Positions 10,684-24,019 of a DNA stretch of 64,000 nt are shown here, one piece after another (position 1 is the first letter of the stretch; each line of letters begins with the position of its first letter). The stretch comes from Chiloscyllium plagiosum (Eukaryota): the NCBI RefSeq assembly GCF_004010195.1, contig NC_057752.1, forward strand, positions 8,425,180 through 8,489,179. Direction: 5' to 3'. The notes under the pieces were generated by a model, which had not been told where the DNA came from, made no database searches, and saw nothing but the letters and a program-made list of their open reading frames with translations. The position numbers and the translations under genes are program-made.

Positions 10684-12550
10684 AAACAGGAGATTTAAAA
10701 TCCCCTCAGTTTAGGGGACTCGCTCTGTGCTGGCTGGGCCACAGTTCGTGTATTACTTCTGCCATTGGTGCTTTTTTTCATGCAAATGTTTTTTTTGCAC
10801 CATAAGCAAGGTACAATCGATGTTGTGAATTGATGTTAATGCAGATAGGACTTGAACCTGTGACTCCCAGTCCAGGAGTAGGGTCACTACCAGTGTTCCA
10901 CAAGAGGGCCCTACTGCTGCTGATGGTTTACTGCTTTTCTCGTTGGGTAGATCCTGATTCCTGAACTGGCTGATTTACAAGGCCTGATTTGTTAATTGAT
11001 ATTCTTTCTTTTATTGAGGACTGATTTTTAAACTCTCTGATCTACACAGTCAATGTGTTTCAGGTGTAACGGTTCTCATTAGGGAACTGTTGTTTCACTG
11101 GCTGGTTACAACCTGTTAGTCCTTTTCTCAAAGGACAAGAGAAAAAAAGTATGTTGATTTTTGTGGCAGGGCTTAGCCCTTGCACTTTGGTTTTCTTTGT
11201 TTTCCTTTTTTGGTGTTTGGACTGAGCTCTTGTGAGAAAATACATCTTTCCAGATGAGCTGTTCCTGTGGGTAGGCCTGGCCCTTTGTGGGTGACTAGGC
11301 CTCTGTAAAGACTGAACACCTGTGTGTGCTGGGAGATGAGCAATTGTTGCATCCTGGAGTGGACCAAACCCCTGCAAGTTAACTGCCCCTTTACAATGTA
11401 CTGTGTTCCTGTGAGTTGGCCTGGTTCTCTATGGATAAACCAGGCCTCTATGGAGACTGAACACCGTGTGTGTTCTATAGGGTGTGTATTCACTGCCTTC
11501 AGGAGTGGACTCTGCTTACTGGTGTGGACTTTGCCTTCGGTTGTGTACTTTATGTACTCTGACAATGCACTCTGCCTACTGGAGTGGACTCTGTTCCTGG
11601 GAATGGCCTCTACATTCTGAAGAGAACTGTTTATAGTAATGAACTCTGTACCAGAAAGGACTCTGTTTGTTTATTGGTAATTGATTCTGTCTTAGTGCAG
11701 GTGATAACCCCAACAAGCAACGCCTTGTGTCTCCCTGGGTCTTGCAGGCCTTACTGTGAGCTGGGAGGCTCATAAGTTGCCCTGAAAGCTGTCCCCCTGA
11801 GAGTCGGAGGGTGGGTAGGCTGTCCTGTGAACCTGAAGATGGGTAGGTTGTCCCAAAAGCAAGAAGGTGGGATGGCCACTCCGATGCCAGTTGCCCCGAG
11901 AGCCAGAAGGTGGGTAGGCTGTTCTGAGCGCTGTCGTCCCGAGAAGGGGTGATTGGGATGGGCTGTCCTAGAGGTGGTCGGAAGGTGTGTCAGAGCAGCC
12001 GAGAGCCAGAAGGTGCGTAGGGGCAGGCCGAGATCCGGAAGGCTTGTGGGCTGCCCTGCACGCTGTCATCCCTGGGGAAGGGGACGGGCTGTCCTAGAGG
12101 TGGCCAAAAAGTGTGTCCGGGCAGTCTACAGGCCGGATGGCCCGACGATACGTAGGGGCAGATCGAGAGCCAGAGGTCGGTAGACTGTCCTCAGTGCTGT
12201 AACCCCAGGCAGGTACCAGGGCGGGCTGTCCTAGAGGTGGCCGGAAGATGTCAGGGCAGGCTGAGTGCTGGAAGAGGCCTAAGGGCAGGCTGCCTTTGAG
12301 CGACCAGAAGGTGGGAGGGTCGGGTGGTTTGCTGAGTTGCCAAGGGCGTCTGACATATGCACTGTTTTATTGTTCGGTTTATCGAACTGTCTGTATGTGA
12401 TTGTGTTGATCCTTTTTTTTCTTTTTTTTTCCTTCTCGTCCCAGATTCCCTGTGAACTGATTTGTACAGTGGAGTTTGGGGGTCTGGTTTTATCACCCCT
12501 TTTTTCCCTGTAAATTGCTGTTTATTGTATACAGCTGTTAATGTTAACTG
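10684..12550 (+). mobile_element. Composite retroposon unit 3
   Basis: Starts aaacaggagatttaaaatcccctcagtttaggggact; its 3' end is fused to the LTR-terminus-like GGAGTTATTTCA (12552-12563). Confidence 0.7.
10770..10911 (-). mobile_element. Short tRNA-derived SINE inside unit 3
   Basis: Minus-strand B-box-like GGTTCAAGTCC, A-rich tail and degenerate ~16-bp TSD. Confidence 0.55.
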
Positions 12551-12895
12551 TGGAGTTATTTCACAGGGAAATGCCTACATTTCGAAGCTACGTGTGTCTG
12601 TTTTTATGTCCTATAATAAGTCAAAATATACCTGTTTCCTCCCATAGATAATTTGTCATAATGCTGAAAAGCATATTCTATCTTACTACAAATTTCTAAT
12701 TCCTTTTTGTTTTCCTGAGGAAAGGGTATTGCAATAAAATTTTGTTCACATTCAGCTGGACAGTGTGCCTTTCTTAATTCATACTAGACACAAATCTGCA
12801 ACACTAGTGAGGTTTTTATAGTTTCTAATTGGTGAAAGTTGAGGATAATATAGACATCAGAGGATTAGAAGGCTTAAGACTCTGACCACAAGGCA

Positions 12896-13004
12896 TGTCT
12901 GAAGAAGGGCATATGCCCGAAACGTTGAATCTTCTGTTCCCTAGATGCTGCCTGACCTGCTGTGCTGTTCCAGCAATAAAGTTTCAGCTTTGATCTCCAG
13001 CGTC
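12896..13004 (+). mobile_element. Penelope pLTR fragment with a hammerhead core, flanked by a 39-bp direct repeat
   Basis: CTGAAGA-A-GGGCATATGCCC-GAAACGTT; identical 39-mers at 12857-12895 and 13005-13043. Confidence 0.8.
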
Positions 13005-13857
13005 TCAGAGGATTAGAAGGCTTAAGACTCTGACCACAAGGCAAGAAAAGGGGAATGTAAAAATGAGCAAGTTTCAGTGAAGATGGAAAAAGGTTTTCCT
13101 CCTGTGCTAGATTACTGCACATTTGAACTACGAACAAGAGTTGGCAGCACAACAGTGAAATGTAAGTTATCTGAAGAATTTGAAAATGTCTCTGTTTGGC
13201 AATTTAGTTGTGCATTAATTCAATGCAATATGAAGAAATAAATATCTCAAAGTTATGCTGGGATGAACAGTTTCCCCATTTTACCTGCAGCTACAGCAAG
13301 GCCTTCTGGCCGATACCATGACTGTTTAGACATTTCTATTAGGATGGGTTCAAACATGACCAACAAGTAAATCATCCTCCAGCTCTCGCTCGCGCTCTCG
13401 CTCTCTCTCCCTCTCTCTCTTTTCTGCACCCCCCACTCCCTGGTGCCTAACTCATTACCTAACCTCAACCATGGCTGGGAGATGCAAATATATTCCACCC
13501 ATGGTATACAGGGATATATCACACAATATTGCCTCCACACTGATATTTGTATGAAGAGTATATGATGAATATCTCATTAGTCTGCACTATTAAGGGTGAA
13601 AGGTGGTTATAAACATTACAATATCAGATTTCAAAAACTAATTGCAATGTAACTAAATCCTAAATTTGAGGTCACCTCATTAATTTTCTAATAGATGACA
13701 TTTCATAGACATTAAGACAATCAGAATTTAGTTTAGAATCCAATTAATAATCTGTTTTGCATTCCACAATCTAAGCCAAATTAATCCTTAAAATTAGTAT
13801 TCTCTGTTGGAATCTTACAATTGCAAGAAGTTACCTAATATTCCACTGTTGGCTTAC

Positions 13858-14109
13858 CTTTAAGAAACCAGTCATAAAGACCGAGCACCCCATAAGGACA
13901 AAGATCATGAGGCCAGTGACCCGCTGTTCTCTAATGCCCAGGAACTTTGGCTGTTCACCAGGAGCTGAACATTCTGATTCCAGCTTCAAACTGTTCACAT
14001 GAGAGATAGAGAGAACAGTTGCAGCTACAAACCAGGGGAGTCCCATAACTGAACATACACCCAACATTACTGCCACCATCAGGAGGTCAAGGTGATAGCC
14101 ACATCCTTT
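13858..14109 (-). CDS. slc4a8: SLC4A8 exon, KGCGYHLDL...VFMTGFLK
   Basis: 252 bp, cag|AAA and AAG|gtaagc; [12 protein letters not shown] and [18 protein letters not shown] motifs. The expected next exon (FIPMPVLYG...) was not found in 1-13857. Confidence 0.93.
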
Positions 14110-15113
14110 CTGTGGGGAGAAAGAACTTATTACTTGAAGTCTCTAAGTTCTGGCTGGTTAATTTAGTACTTAATTCAAAGTCAAATATTAGCACAAGGTT
14201 ACAAACCAAAACAGTTAACTTAATCATATGTCGACCATGCTGCAGTTTATGCAGCGGATCGATCTTAAGTCTGAACATAAGATGCAAAGTACAAGTTAAT
14301 TACAGGTTAAAGTAACTATAGACTACTGTGTAACTGTATGTAACATAATGGTGCATTTTACCAATGGGCAAATAACCTGTTCCACCCATTGCCTTAAAGT
14401 TAGCTGGCATCTCATTAACCAGAATTCCAGCTGTCCTGCAGCAATAAGGTCAGGATGGAACCTCGCTCCTCCATCAGGAAGTTCGACCCTAGATAGCCAC
14501 CGGCCAATCTGCACAGTTGGTCGCTACGTAATCCTAGCAATAGCAGAAGAGAATAGTGATTGCTGCTGGGACTACAAAATGCTGCTGGAGAAGAAATGTC
14601 ATCTTCCAAGTTTGAGGTAATTCTGAGGATTTTGGGCTGACACAGCTTGGAGACCCCAGGGATAGAATGTTAGCTTAAAGATGCCAGTGGAAAGGAATGG
14701 GATGCCATGTTGGAAGTGGCATTATGTTGCCTTAATAGGTTCAGTGGACACCTGCTCAAACAGGAGGTGCCCCACTTCCCTCCCTGCCTGACAGCAGCCT
14801 GCACAGTGAAAACTATCAGCCCTCGTCCAACGTCCAAATATTAAGGCAGAAGCAGAATGAAACTTTTGAGTAGTAGTTAATCTATCATTTAGGGGCCTCA
14901 ATTGGCCTACAGGTGACTAGGCAGCTTGATGCCTTACTCTTTACCACAATATGGGGAACAGGTCAAAAGTAAGTGGGAAGGCAGTGGACTTCAAGACCCT
15001 CCTGTATCTTCAAATATGCTAGCGGGTGTCATCAAACTCAGTTCGATGTTACTCTTAATATCCACTTTCAACAAAAACTTGGGTGATTTTTAAGAATTAA
15101 CAGGAATTCATAC

Positions 15114-15275
15114 CTTCAGCTTGTGTTCCTTCCTGTTTATAATGACAGCAGTGATCTGTTGGTCCATGAAAATAAGAATAGTACACAGCAGAGCTGGTAT
15201 AATGGCAGCAATAACTGTCCACCAGGGATTTGGACCTATGGGGTTTATTAACCACCCACGATCATCTCTTGTTGG
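15114..15275 (-). CDS. slc4a8: SLC4A8 exon, [19 protein letters not shown]...NRKEHKLK
   Basis: 162 bp, cag|CCA and AAG|gtatga; [20 protein letters not shown] motif. Confidence 0.93.
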
Positions 15276-16024
15276 CTGCAATAAGCACATACAACACAAG
15301 CAATTTAAAAACAGTTTCTCAGAAAACTGACATCAGTGCAATCCTGTATCCTCTCACTAGCAACGTATTCCAAGGACATCATACTTTAATGATCTGGTTA
15401 CTTTTGCTCATTAAACTAGATGCTACAGTGATTCTCACATAATAGATACCCATATTAAAATTTACAATCTTAAATGTAATTGAATTGCAATTATTCTTCT
15501 GTTGAACTTAGTGGCTCTCATTGTAATCTTCATTTTTTTTTTGCTTTTGCATTATTTACAATAATTAATATGTTCAAAATACAAAATATTTTCAATGGTG
15601 ATCTTCACAGTCACATCAAATAGTGGAGCAGACATAAAGGGCTGAATGGCCTACTCGTGCTCTTATTTTCTATGTGCAAATAATATCAGACATTTGTTTT
15701 CATAATTTCAGAGGATGATGTCTCCAAAACCCCTCAGACACTGGTACAGTGTTCACCTGCAACCTCCACTAGCACACAGACATTCACCTTGGTTAGTACG
15801 CTATGTAGAGAAGGCTCAGGATCGCAACCTAGTGAGCACATCATGGACATGGGCCTATAGCTGGTGGAGAAAGCAGTGCCCAAGGTTTCTGACACTTGGG
15901 GACTACTGGAGTCCATGCACATACTGACCCCAATGCAGGTGACATGCCTCCATAAAATAACCAGTTGCCCTGCCTGTGTAACATCAGGTAGTAATGACAA
16001 AGGGCCTCCATATACCGTGAGTTT

Positions 16025-16990
16025 TTGTTATTCATTCATGGGACATGGGCTCTGTTGGCAAGGCAGGCATTTACTGTCCATCTGTAATTCTCCTGTAGGA
16101 GATGATGAGCTGCTTTCTTGAACTGCTGCAGTCCTTGGGATATAGGCACATCCATCTTGAGAAATTTCCAGGATTTTGACCCAGTGACTGTGAAGGAACA
16201 GTGATATAATTCCAAATTAGGTTGGTGTGAGATTGGAGGGGAACCTGTGAGCCGTCAGGTTTCTGTACATTTACTGCCTTTGTCCTTCTAGATGGTCAAG
16301 GCCACTGGTTTGGAAGTTACTATAGAAGGGACCTTAGTGAGTTGCTGCAGTGAATTTTGCTGCTACAATGCAAAGGAAGTAAATGGGGTGCTGATCAAAC
16401 TGGCTGCTTCATTTTGTATGGTGTCAGGCCTCTTGGTTGTCTTGGAGGTACACCCATCTAAGCAAGTGGAGGCTGTTCCAAAACACTGTTGTCTTGTGCT
16501 TATAGATGGTGCACAGGCACTGGGGACACAGGTGGTGAGTTACTCAATGCAGAGTTCAAAGCCTCTGAACTGTTCTTGTAACCAGTGTTTGTATGACTGG
16601 TCCAGTTCAGTTTATGGTCAATGCTAACCCACAGGGTGTTAATAGTGGGGGTTCAGCAAAAGTAATGCCATTGAATGTCAAGAGATGAGGAGTACACTAT
16701 CTCTTGGTTATTTCCTAGCTTTTGCGTGGTGCAAATATTACTTGCCACTTCGCAACTCCAGCCTAGGTGTTGTCCAGGTCTTACTGCATTTGAACATAGA
16801 CTGCTTCAGTATCTGAGGAGTCGCAAATGGTGCTGAACATTATTGATGATTGTACAATCATTCTCATGTCTAACCTTATGATGGAGGGGAGGTCATTGAT
16901 GAAGCAATTGAAGATGATTGGGCCTTGGATGCTACGCTGTGGAACTCCTGCTGAGCCGAGATGATTGACCTCCAAAAATCGCACCACAAT
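16025..16990 (-). mobile_element. Degenerate CR1/L2-group LINE 3' part
   Basis: RT motif GVPQRSIQGPIIFNCFINDL; same family as 57120-58912. Confidence 0.7.
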
Positions 16991-17249
16991 TCAAGTGAAA
17001 GATTGAGGAGCCCATCCAAGTTCTGTTGACTGTTATGGCTCTGGCAGACCCAGACCCAGAAGGACACTCACTACCAGTTATGCAATCCGGGTGCAAAGCA
17101 TCAGTGGTGAGGTAAGAGGGGAATGAGGCAGCTCAAACATATTCCAGATACTTCCTTCATTTTAAGAGATAGGGAGCGGTAGACACCCATAGCGAGGAGG
17201 AGGAGTGTCAGCCAGACACCTTGGGAGCTTCATCTCAGTATACTCCAGA

Positions 17250-18650
17250 GACCAAAAGACATAGGAATAGAAATAGGACATTCAGCCCACTGACTCTGCT
17301 CAGCCATTCACTGAAATCATTGCTAATCTGAAAATCCTCAACCTCACCTTCCTGCCTTTTCCCCATGACCCTTGATTCTCTTACTGATTAAAATTCTGTT
17401 TATCTCAGCCTTGAATAGTTAATGAGACAGCTTCAACAGTCCACTGCGGTAAAGAATTCCACAGATTTACAACTCTCCGAGACAAAATTCCTCTTCAACT
17501 CTTCTTAAATGTGTGAACCCATACTTGGAGATCAGCACTCTGGGTCTCAATTCCACAAGGGGAAGCAGCCTTTCTGAATGGACCCTGTCAAGTCCCTTAA
17601 TAATCTCATACATTTCAATAAGGTCACCTCTCATTCTTCTATATTCCATGTACATGCACATGTACATATACAGGCCCAATCTACTCAGCCTCTCTTCATA
17701 AGACTTCCATACCCAGTGTGACGATGCAGTCACTTTAAAAAAGTTATTTTGTCCTTGGTTTATTTTTGGAGAGAGATCATAAAGGCAGAGGTAACTAAGA
17801 GTCTAGTTTAACAATGGAAGGGGAGCGGCCTGTTCTCTCAGTTTAGGTTTTTTTTCTAGTTTGTTTCAGCTGTAGCAGTCACAAGATATGAGAGTCCAGG
17901 GGAGTTGCAACCTTCAGTAAAGGATTCCTGACTGACTTTCTCTGAAATCTCTCTCTGGATGCTGTTCCCTCCTGCCTGTAAGAATCTGTGTTTCAATTTC
18001 TCTTTTGCCAAAAGGTGTGTTTATGGGATGTTACTGTATTGGAACAGTTAATTAGTAATAGCTACTGTATCGGGTTAGTTAAGTTTTCCAATAGTCAAGT
18101 TATTCTAAATTCTGTTTTCTTTTGTTCATGTTTCAACTGTAGTGTTTAAATAATTTCTGTTTGCTTAAAGCCGAGTGGTTTGACCAGCTGCATCACTCCT
18201 GGAATATCCACTCACATCTGTCTTTACAATAAGAAAAAGTTAGTGTCTAGGCTACCTTCTTAAAATATTTTGAGGGGGGTCTGGCCTGGTCCATAGCACC
18301 AGGATCAACCTAGTGAACCTTCTCAGGGCTGCCTATAATGCCAGTATATCTTTCCTTAGATAAGGAAATCCAAACTGTCACATCTGTGGTCTGATTAGTG
18401 TTTTGTATAGTTTTAGAAAAACCTTCTGGCTTTTACACTCTATTCCCTTTGAAATAAAGGTCAACATTCCATTTGTCTTCCCTCTGATCCACTGAACTTG
18501 AATATGAGCTTTTTGCAATTCATGGACAAGTCCCTGCATTCCATAGATTTCTGCTGCCTCTCAATTTAAATTCTATTCAGCTCCTGTAGTCTTTCTGCCC
18601 AAGTGCATAACCTTGCATTTCCCCTTGTTAAGCATCTGCCAAGCTTTTTC
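17250..18650 (-). mobile_element. CR1 LINE 3' part, interrupted by a solo LTR
   Basis: YEERLSRLGLY..EYRRMRGDLIE motif. Confidence 0.75.
17717..18298. mobile_element. Solo LTR (582 bp) with 4-bp TSD CCAG
   Basis: TGTGACG...ATAGCA termini; CCAG at 17713-17716 and 18299-18302. Confidence 0.75.
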
Positions 18651-19440
18651 AGATCACATGGGTGTTCAATTACATGTAGCTAGTATGCACTTTTATAACT
18701 CAATATTCATTTGAACTGTGGCAATGTTTGCTTTAGTTGCATTACTCTGCTTGTGTTGACATTTTCCATTGGGATAGCTTTGACCAGGTATACACATTAG
18801 TGATGATGAGAGACAAAGTCATTCTCATGTCCCAGTGAAGCAGAGAGCTAGCATTTGGGGGTTGCAGTCAAAGCTCTCAAAATTGATTTCATGGACAGTG
18901 ACCTTGTCCAATGAGATGAGAATAAGGTTCCTGGGCCTGGGATTGCAACACTGCAGATACCACAAAGACAATTTATGAGAGAAATTGTGAAACATGGTTG
19001 GTTGGGTAAGAAGGGAAGTGTTTGTGTTTGTCAAGCCCATAGTAGTGAAAAAACAGATACTGAGGATGTTCAGCAATTGCAATGGCACAGTCAAGGAGCT
19101 TAATGTTCTCCAGTACTGCAAGAACATTCAGGGAATAAGGCAAGTGGTGACATTAGGCAGGGTGCAGAAGAAATGGAGAGTATGGTCGTCTGGCTCTTCT
19201 TTGCTTGAGACAAGGCTCATAATCATACCTTTTTCCAGGAGCCTGAGGTTGTGGGAGTATGCAGTGTTGTGCAGCTACAGTAATGTGATATGAGCACAAA
19301 GGTTAAGTTTGTGCACACATTTTAACACCAAGAGCACAGTAATTAAACACTAAAATTAATAAAATACCCTCTTATTTAAAATTGTAGCACAAAATGAAAC
19401 CGCTGTCATGAGGCAAAATTCCTCTTCAACTCTGTCTTAA

Positions 19441-22400
19441 TTAGAAAATTGATTCTGGGTAATCCAAGATGGAGGACAGGAAAAATTTCTGGCTGTAACA
19501 GCTGCTCCTTTATTGAGGTATTTTAGGTGCTGGAGGTAATTTCCTCGAATTCCAGGAGCAGCAATTACTGTTTTATATGCTGTTGCATTGTTTTGGAACC
19601 TTGGGGGGAAAAAAAAATCAAAACAACAGCAGTTTTAAAAGGGAGAAGAACAGACAAAGGAAGCACATGGCGAGGTCAGTGCAGGAGAGAGAGAGAGAGA
19701 GAGAAACTGACACAGCAGTGAACCTGCACAGTTACTGCCCTTGCTGTTTGAATTCATGTATCACTGGACATTGGAGTGCATCTGGGAAAATTAACTAACA
19801 AACAGTGAAATTCACAACTGATCTTGGACGAACTGTTGGGCGAAGGTCACATCACAGAAGCAGATAAGTGTATTGTTTTTAAGTGGTACCTACAGAAAGT
19901 CTGCAGCAGTGAGTAGAGTGGGTTCTTTGTTTTTTTGAGATATGTCTCTTGATTAAACTTAAAATATAAGCCATAACTATTAATTTAACTTGGGGCAGTG
20001 TTTTGTAGAGGAATAAGACAGTGTTATTTTCTGGGTCTGTAGATTGTGAAGGAGCAAAAATGGCCTTTAGTAGAGTGATATGCGCTTCTTGTCAGATGTG
20101 GGAGTTTAAAGAGAGTTCAAGGGTTATTGCGGATCATATATGCAATAAATGCTGTTGGTTGCAAATCTTATCAGATGGAATGGATCAGTTGGAGAGACAG
20201 TTAGAAGCAATGAGGAATTTGCAACAGCAACAGTATGTGATGGATGGCAGTTATAGGAAGGGGGGAAAAGTCTCAGATACAGTGACATAGGTTAACTCCA
20301 GGAAAGGTAAGAGAGGTAGGCAGTTAGTGCAGGAGCCTTCTGTGGGTATACCCATTTCAAACAAGTATGCTGTTTTGGAAAATGTAGGGGGTGATGGATT
20401 CTCAGAGGAATGTTGCACGAACAGCCAATTTCTGGTATTGAGACTGGCAATGAGAGGTACGTTGGGTTCCAAGAGATCAACTGTGTTAGGGGGCTCTCTA
20501 GTCCGAGGTACAGATGGATGTTTCTGTGGCCAGCAGCGAAAAAGCAGAAGGGTATGTTGCTTCCCTGGTGGCAGGATCAAGGATGTCTCACAGGGGAAGA
20601 GAGGTCAGCAAGAGGTCATTGTCCACATTGGAACTAACGATATAGGAAGGAAAAAGGTTGAGATTCTGAAGGGAGATTTGAGAGTTAGGCAGGAATTTAA
20701 AAAGGAGGTCCTCAAGGGTAGTAATATCTGGATTACTCCCAGTGCTACGAGCTAGTGAGGGCAGGAATAGGAGGATAGAGCAGATGAATGCATGGCTGAG
20801 GAGCTGGTATATGGGGGAAGGATTCACCTTTTTGGACATTTGGAATCTCTTTTGGGGTAGGAGTGACCTGTACAAGAAGGATGGATTGCACCTAAATTGG
20901 AAGGGGACGAATATACTGGCAAGGAAATTTGCTAGAACTGCTCAGGAGGATTTAAACTAGTAAGGTGGGGGTGGGGGTGGAATCCAGAGAGAGATAGTGA
21001 GGAAAGAGATCAATCTGAGACTGGTACAGTTGAGAACAGAAGCGAGTCAAACAGTCAGGGCAGGTAGGACTAATAAATTAAACTGCGTTTATTTCAATGC
21101 AAGGGGCCTAACAGGGAAGGCAGATGAACTCAGGGCATGGTTAGGAACATGGGACTGAGATATCATAGCAATTACAGAGACATAGCTCAGGGATGGGCAG
21201 AACTGGCAGCTTAATGTTCCAGGATACAAATGTTACAGGAAGGATAGAAAGGGAGGCAAGAGAGGAGGGGGAGTGGCGTTTTTGATAAAGGATAGCATTA
21301 CAGCTGTATTGAGGGAGGATATTCCTAGAAATACATCCAGGGAAGTGATTTCGGTGGAACTGAGAAACAAGAAAGGGATGATCACCTTATTGGGATTGTA
21401 TTATAGCCCCGCCTAATAGTCAGAGGGAAATTGAGAAACAAACTTGTAAGGAGGTCACCGCTATCTGTAAGAATAATAGGGTGGTTATGGTTAGGGATTT
21501 TAACTGGGACTGCCATAGTGTTAAGGGTTTAGATGGAGCGGAATTTGTTAAGTGTGAACAAGAAAATTTTCTGATTCAGTGTGTGGATGTACCTACTAGA
21601 GCAGGTGCAAAACTTGACTTTTGGAAAATAAGGCAGGGCAAGTGGCCGAGATGTCATTGGGGGAGCACTTTGGGGCCTGCGACCATAATTCTATTAGATT
21701 TAAAATAGTGATGGAAAAGGATAGACCAGATCTAAAAGTTGAAGTTCTAAATTGGAGGAAGGCTAATTTTGACGATATTAGGCAAGAACGTTCAAAAACT
21801 GATTGGGGGCAGATGTTCGCAGGTAAAGGGACGGCTGGAAAATGGGAATCCTTCATAAATGTGATAACGAGATTCCAGAGAAAGTATATTCCTGTTGGGG
21901 AGAAAGGAAAGGCTGGTCGGAAAAGGGAATGCTGGATGACTAAAGAAATTGAGGGTTTGGTTAAGAAAAAGAAGGAAGCATATGTAAGGTATAGACAGGA
22001 TAGATCGAGTGAATCCTTAGAGTATAAAGGCAGTAGGAATATACTTAAGAGGGAAAACAGGACGGGCAAAAAGGGGATGTAAGATAGCTTTGGCAAATTG
22101 AGTTAAGGAGAACCCAAAGGGTTTTTACAAATACATTAAGGACAACTGGGGAGAGAATTGGGCCCCTCAAAGATCAGCAAGGCAGCCTTTGTGTGGAGAC
22201 GCAGAAAATAGCGGAGATACAAAACAAGTATTTTGCACTTTTTTGAAGAAGCAACAAAGAGGAATGATGAGGGCAGAGCTATAGATGTGATCTATATGGT
22301 CTTCACTAAGGCATTTGACAAGGTTCCCCATGGGAGACTGGTTAGCAAGGTTAGATCTCACGGAATACAGGGAGAACTAGCCATTTGGATACAGAACTGG

Positions 22401-23460
22401 CTCAAAGGTGGAAGACAGAGGGTGGTGGTGGAGGGTTGTTTTTCAGACTGGAGGCCTGTGACCAGTGGAGTATCACAAGGATCGGTGCTGGGCCCTCTAC
22501 TTTTTGTCATTTATATAAATGATTTTGCGAGCATAAGAGGTACAGTTAGTAAGTTTGCAGATGACACCAAAATTGGAGGTGTAGTGGACAGCAAAGAAGG
22601 TTACCTCCGATTACAACAGGATCTTGACCAGATGGGCCAATGGGCTAAGAAGTGGCAGATGGAGTTTAATTAAGATAAATTTTGGGAAAGCAAATCTTAG
22701 CAGGACTTATAGACTTTAACGGTAGGTTCTTGGGAGTGTTGCTGAACAAAGAGACCTTGGAGTGCAGGTTCATAGCTCCTTGAAAGTGGAATCACAGGTA
22801 GATAGGATAGTGAAGAAGGCGTTTGGTATGCTTTCTTTTTGGTCAGAGTATTGAGTACAGGAGTTGGGACGTCATGTTGCAGCTGTACTGGACATTGGTT
22901 AGGCCACTGTTGGAATATTGCATGCAATTCTGGTCTCCTTATTGGAAAGGTGCTGTGAAACTTGAAAGGGTTCAGAAAAGATTTACGAGGATGTTGGCTG
23001 GGTTGGAGAATTTGAGCTATGGGGAGAGGCTGGATAGGCTGGGGCTGTTTTCCCTGGAGCGTCGGAGGCTAAGGGGTGACCTTTATAGAGGTTTACAAAA
23101 TTATGAGGGGCATGGATAGGATAAATAGACAAAGTCTTTTCCTTGGGATTGGGGAGTCCAGAACTAGAGGACATAGGTTTAGGGTGAGAGGGGAAAGATA
23201 TAAAAGGGACCGAAGGGGCAACTTTTTCACACAGTGGGTGGTACGTGTATGGAATGAGCTGCCAGAGGAAGTGGTGGAGGCTGGTACAATTGCAACATTT
23301 AAGAGGCATTTGGATGGGTATATGAATAGGAAGGGTTTGGAGGGATATGGACCGAGTGCTGGCAGGTGGGACTAGATTGGGTTGGGATATCTGGTCAGCA
23401 TGGGTGGGTTGGACCGAAGGGTTTGTTTCCATGCTGTACATCTCTATGACTATGACTCTA
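19441..23460 (+). mobile_element. Near-full-length CR1 LINE (5'UTR, ORF1 with Zn finger and SGNH esterase, internally deleted EN-RT ORF2)
   Basis: CASCQMW..CNKC, GSLVRGTD..VCCFPGGRI, VHIGTNDI, KDGLHLN; ORF2 motifs [35 protein letters not shown]; tatgactcta tail; frameshifted. Confidence 0.9.
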
Positions 23461-23735
23461 AATATGTGGCCCCTTACTCCGAGATTTGCACTCTGGATCT
23501 CAATTCTCCCACAAGGGGAAGCAACCTTTCTGAATGGACCCTGTCAAGTCCCCTAATAATCTTGTATATTTCAATAAAGTCACCTCTCATTCTTGTATAT
23601 TCCAACACGTACAGGCCCAATCTATTCAGCCTCTCTTCATAGGACAGTCCTTCTATACCCAGTGTGATGATGCAGTCACTTTAAAAAGGTTATTTTCTCC
23701 TTTTTGTTTGAAGAGAGGTCGTAAAGGCAGAAGTG
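23461..23735 (-). mobile_element. Second copy of the CR1/LTR junction segment
   Basis: Similar to about 17505-17790, including the LTR start (TGTGATGATGCAGTCAC at 23663); the left part lies at 19414-19440. Confidence 0.7.
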
Positions 23736-24019
23736 GCGATGAGGCTAGTTAACAAGCAATAACCTCTAGCCAGCTGGTTTCCAAACAAACAACCCATGAA
23801 AGAAAACATTCATAGGCAGCTCAATCACCTTAAAATTGGTTTGCTAGAAATCTGTCATGAGTCTATTTGGCATGTCAGACCATTGCCTTAGCTTTTCCTG
23901 TCTGTGAATAATCCCTGCCCTATTTCAGGATCCTTACTTTCCCCTTAAATGGAAGAGACCTCTTATTCCTGCAACCGTACCCCTACCAAGGACACTGCTC
24001 TTCAATCTCTTCAGTGAGG

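Noticed and set aside
13253..13540. ORF with EMSK and LFIP words reminiscent of SLC4 C-terminal exons
   Set aside because: No polypyrimidine acceptor, no FIPMPVLYG match and the wrong order; likely a chance ORF across a (GA)n tract.
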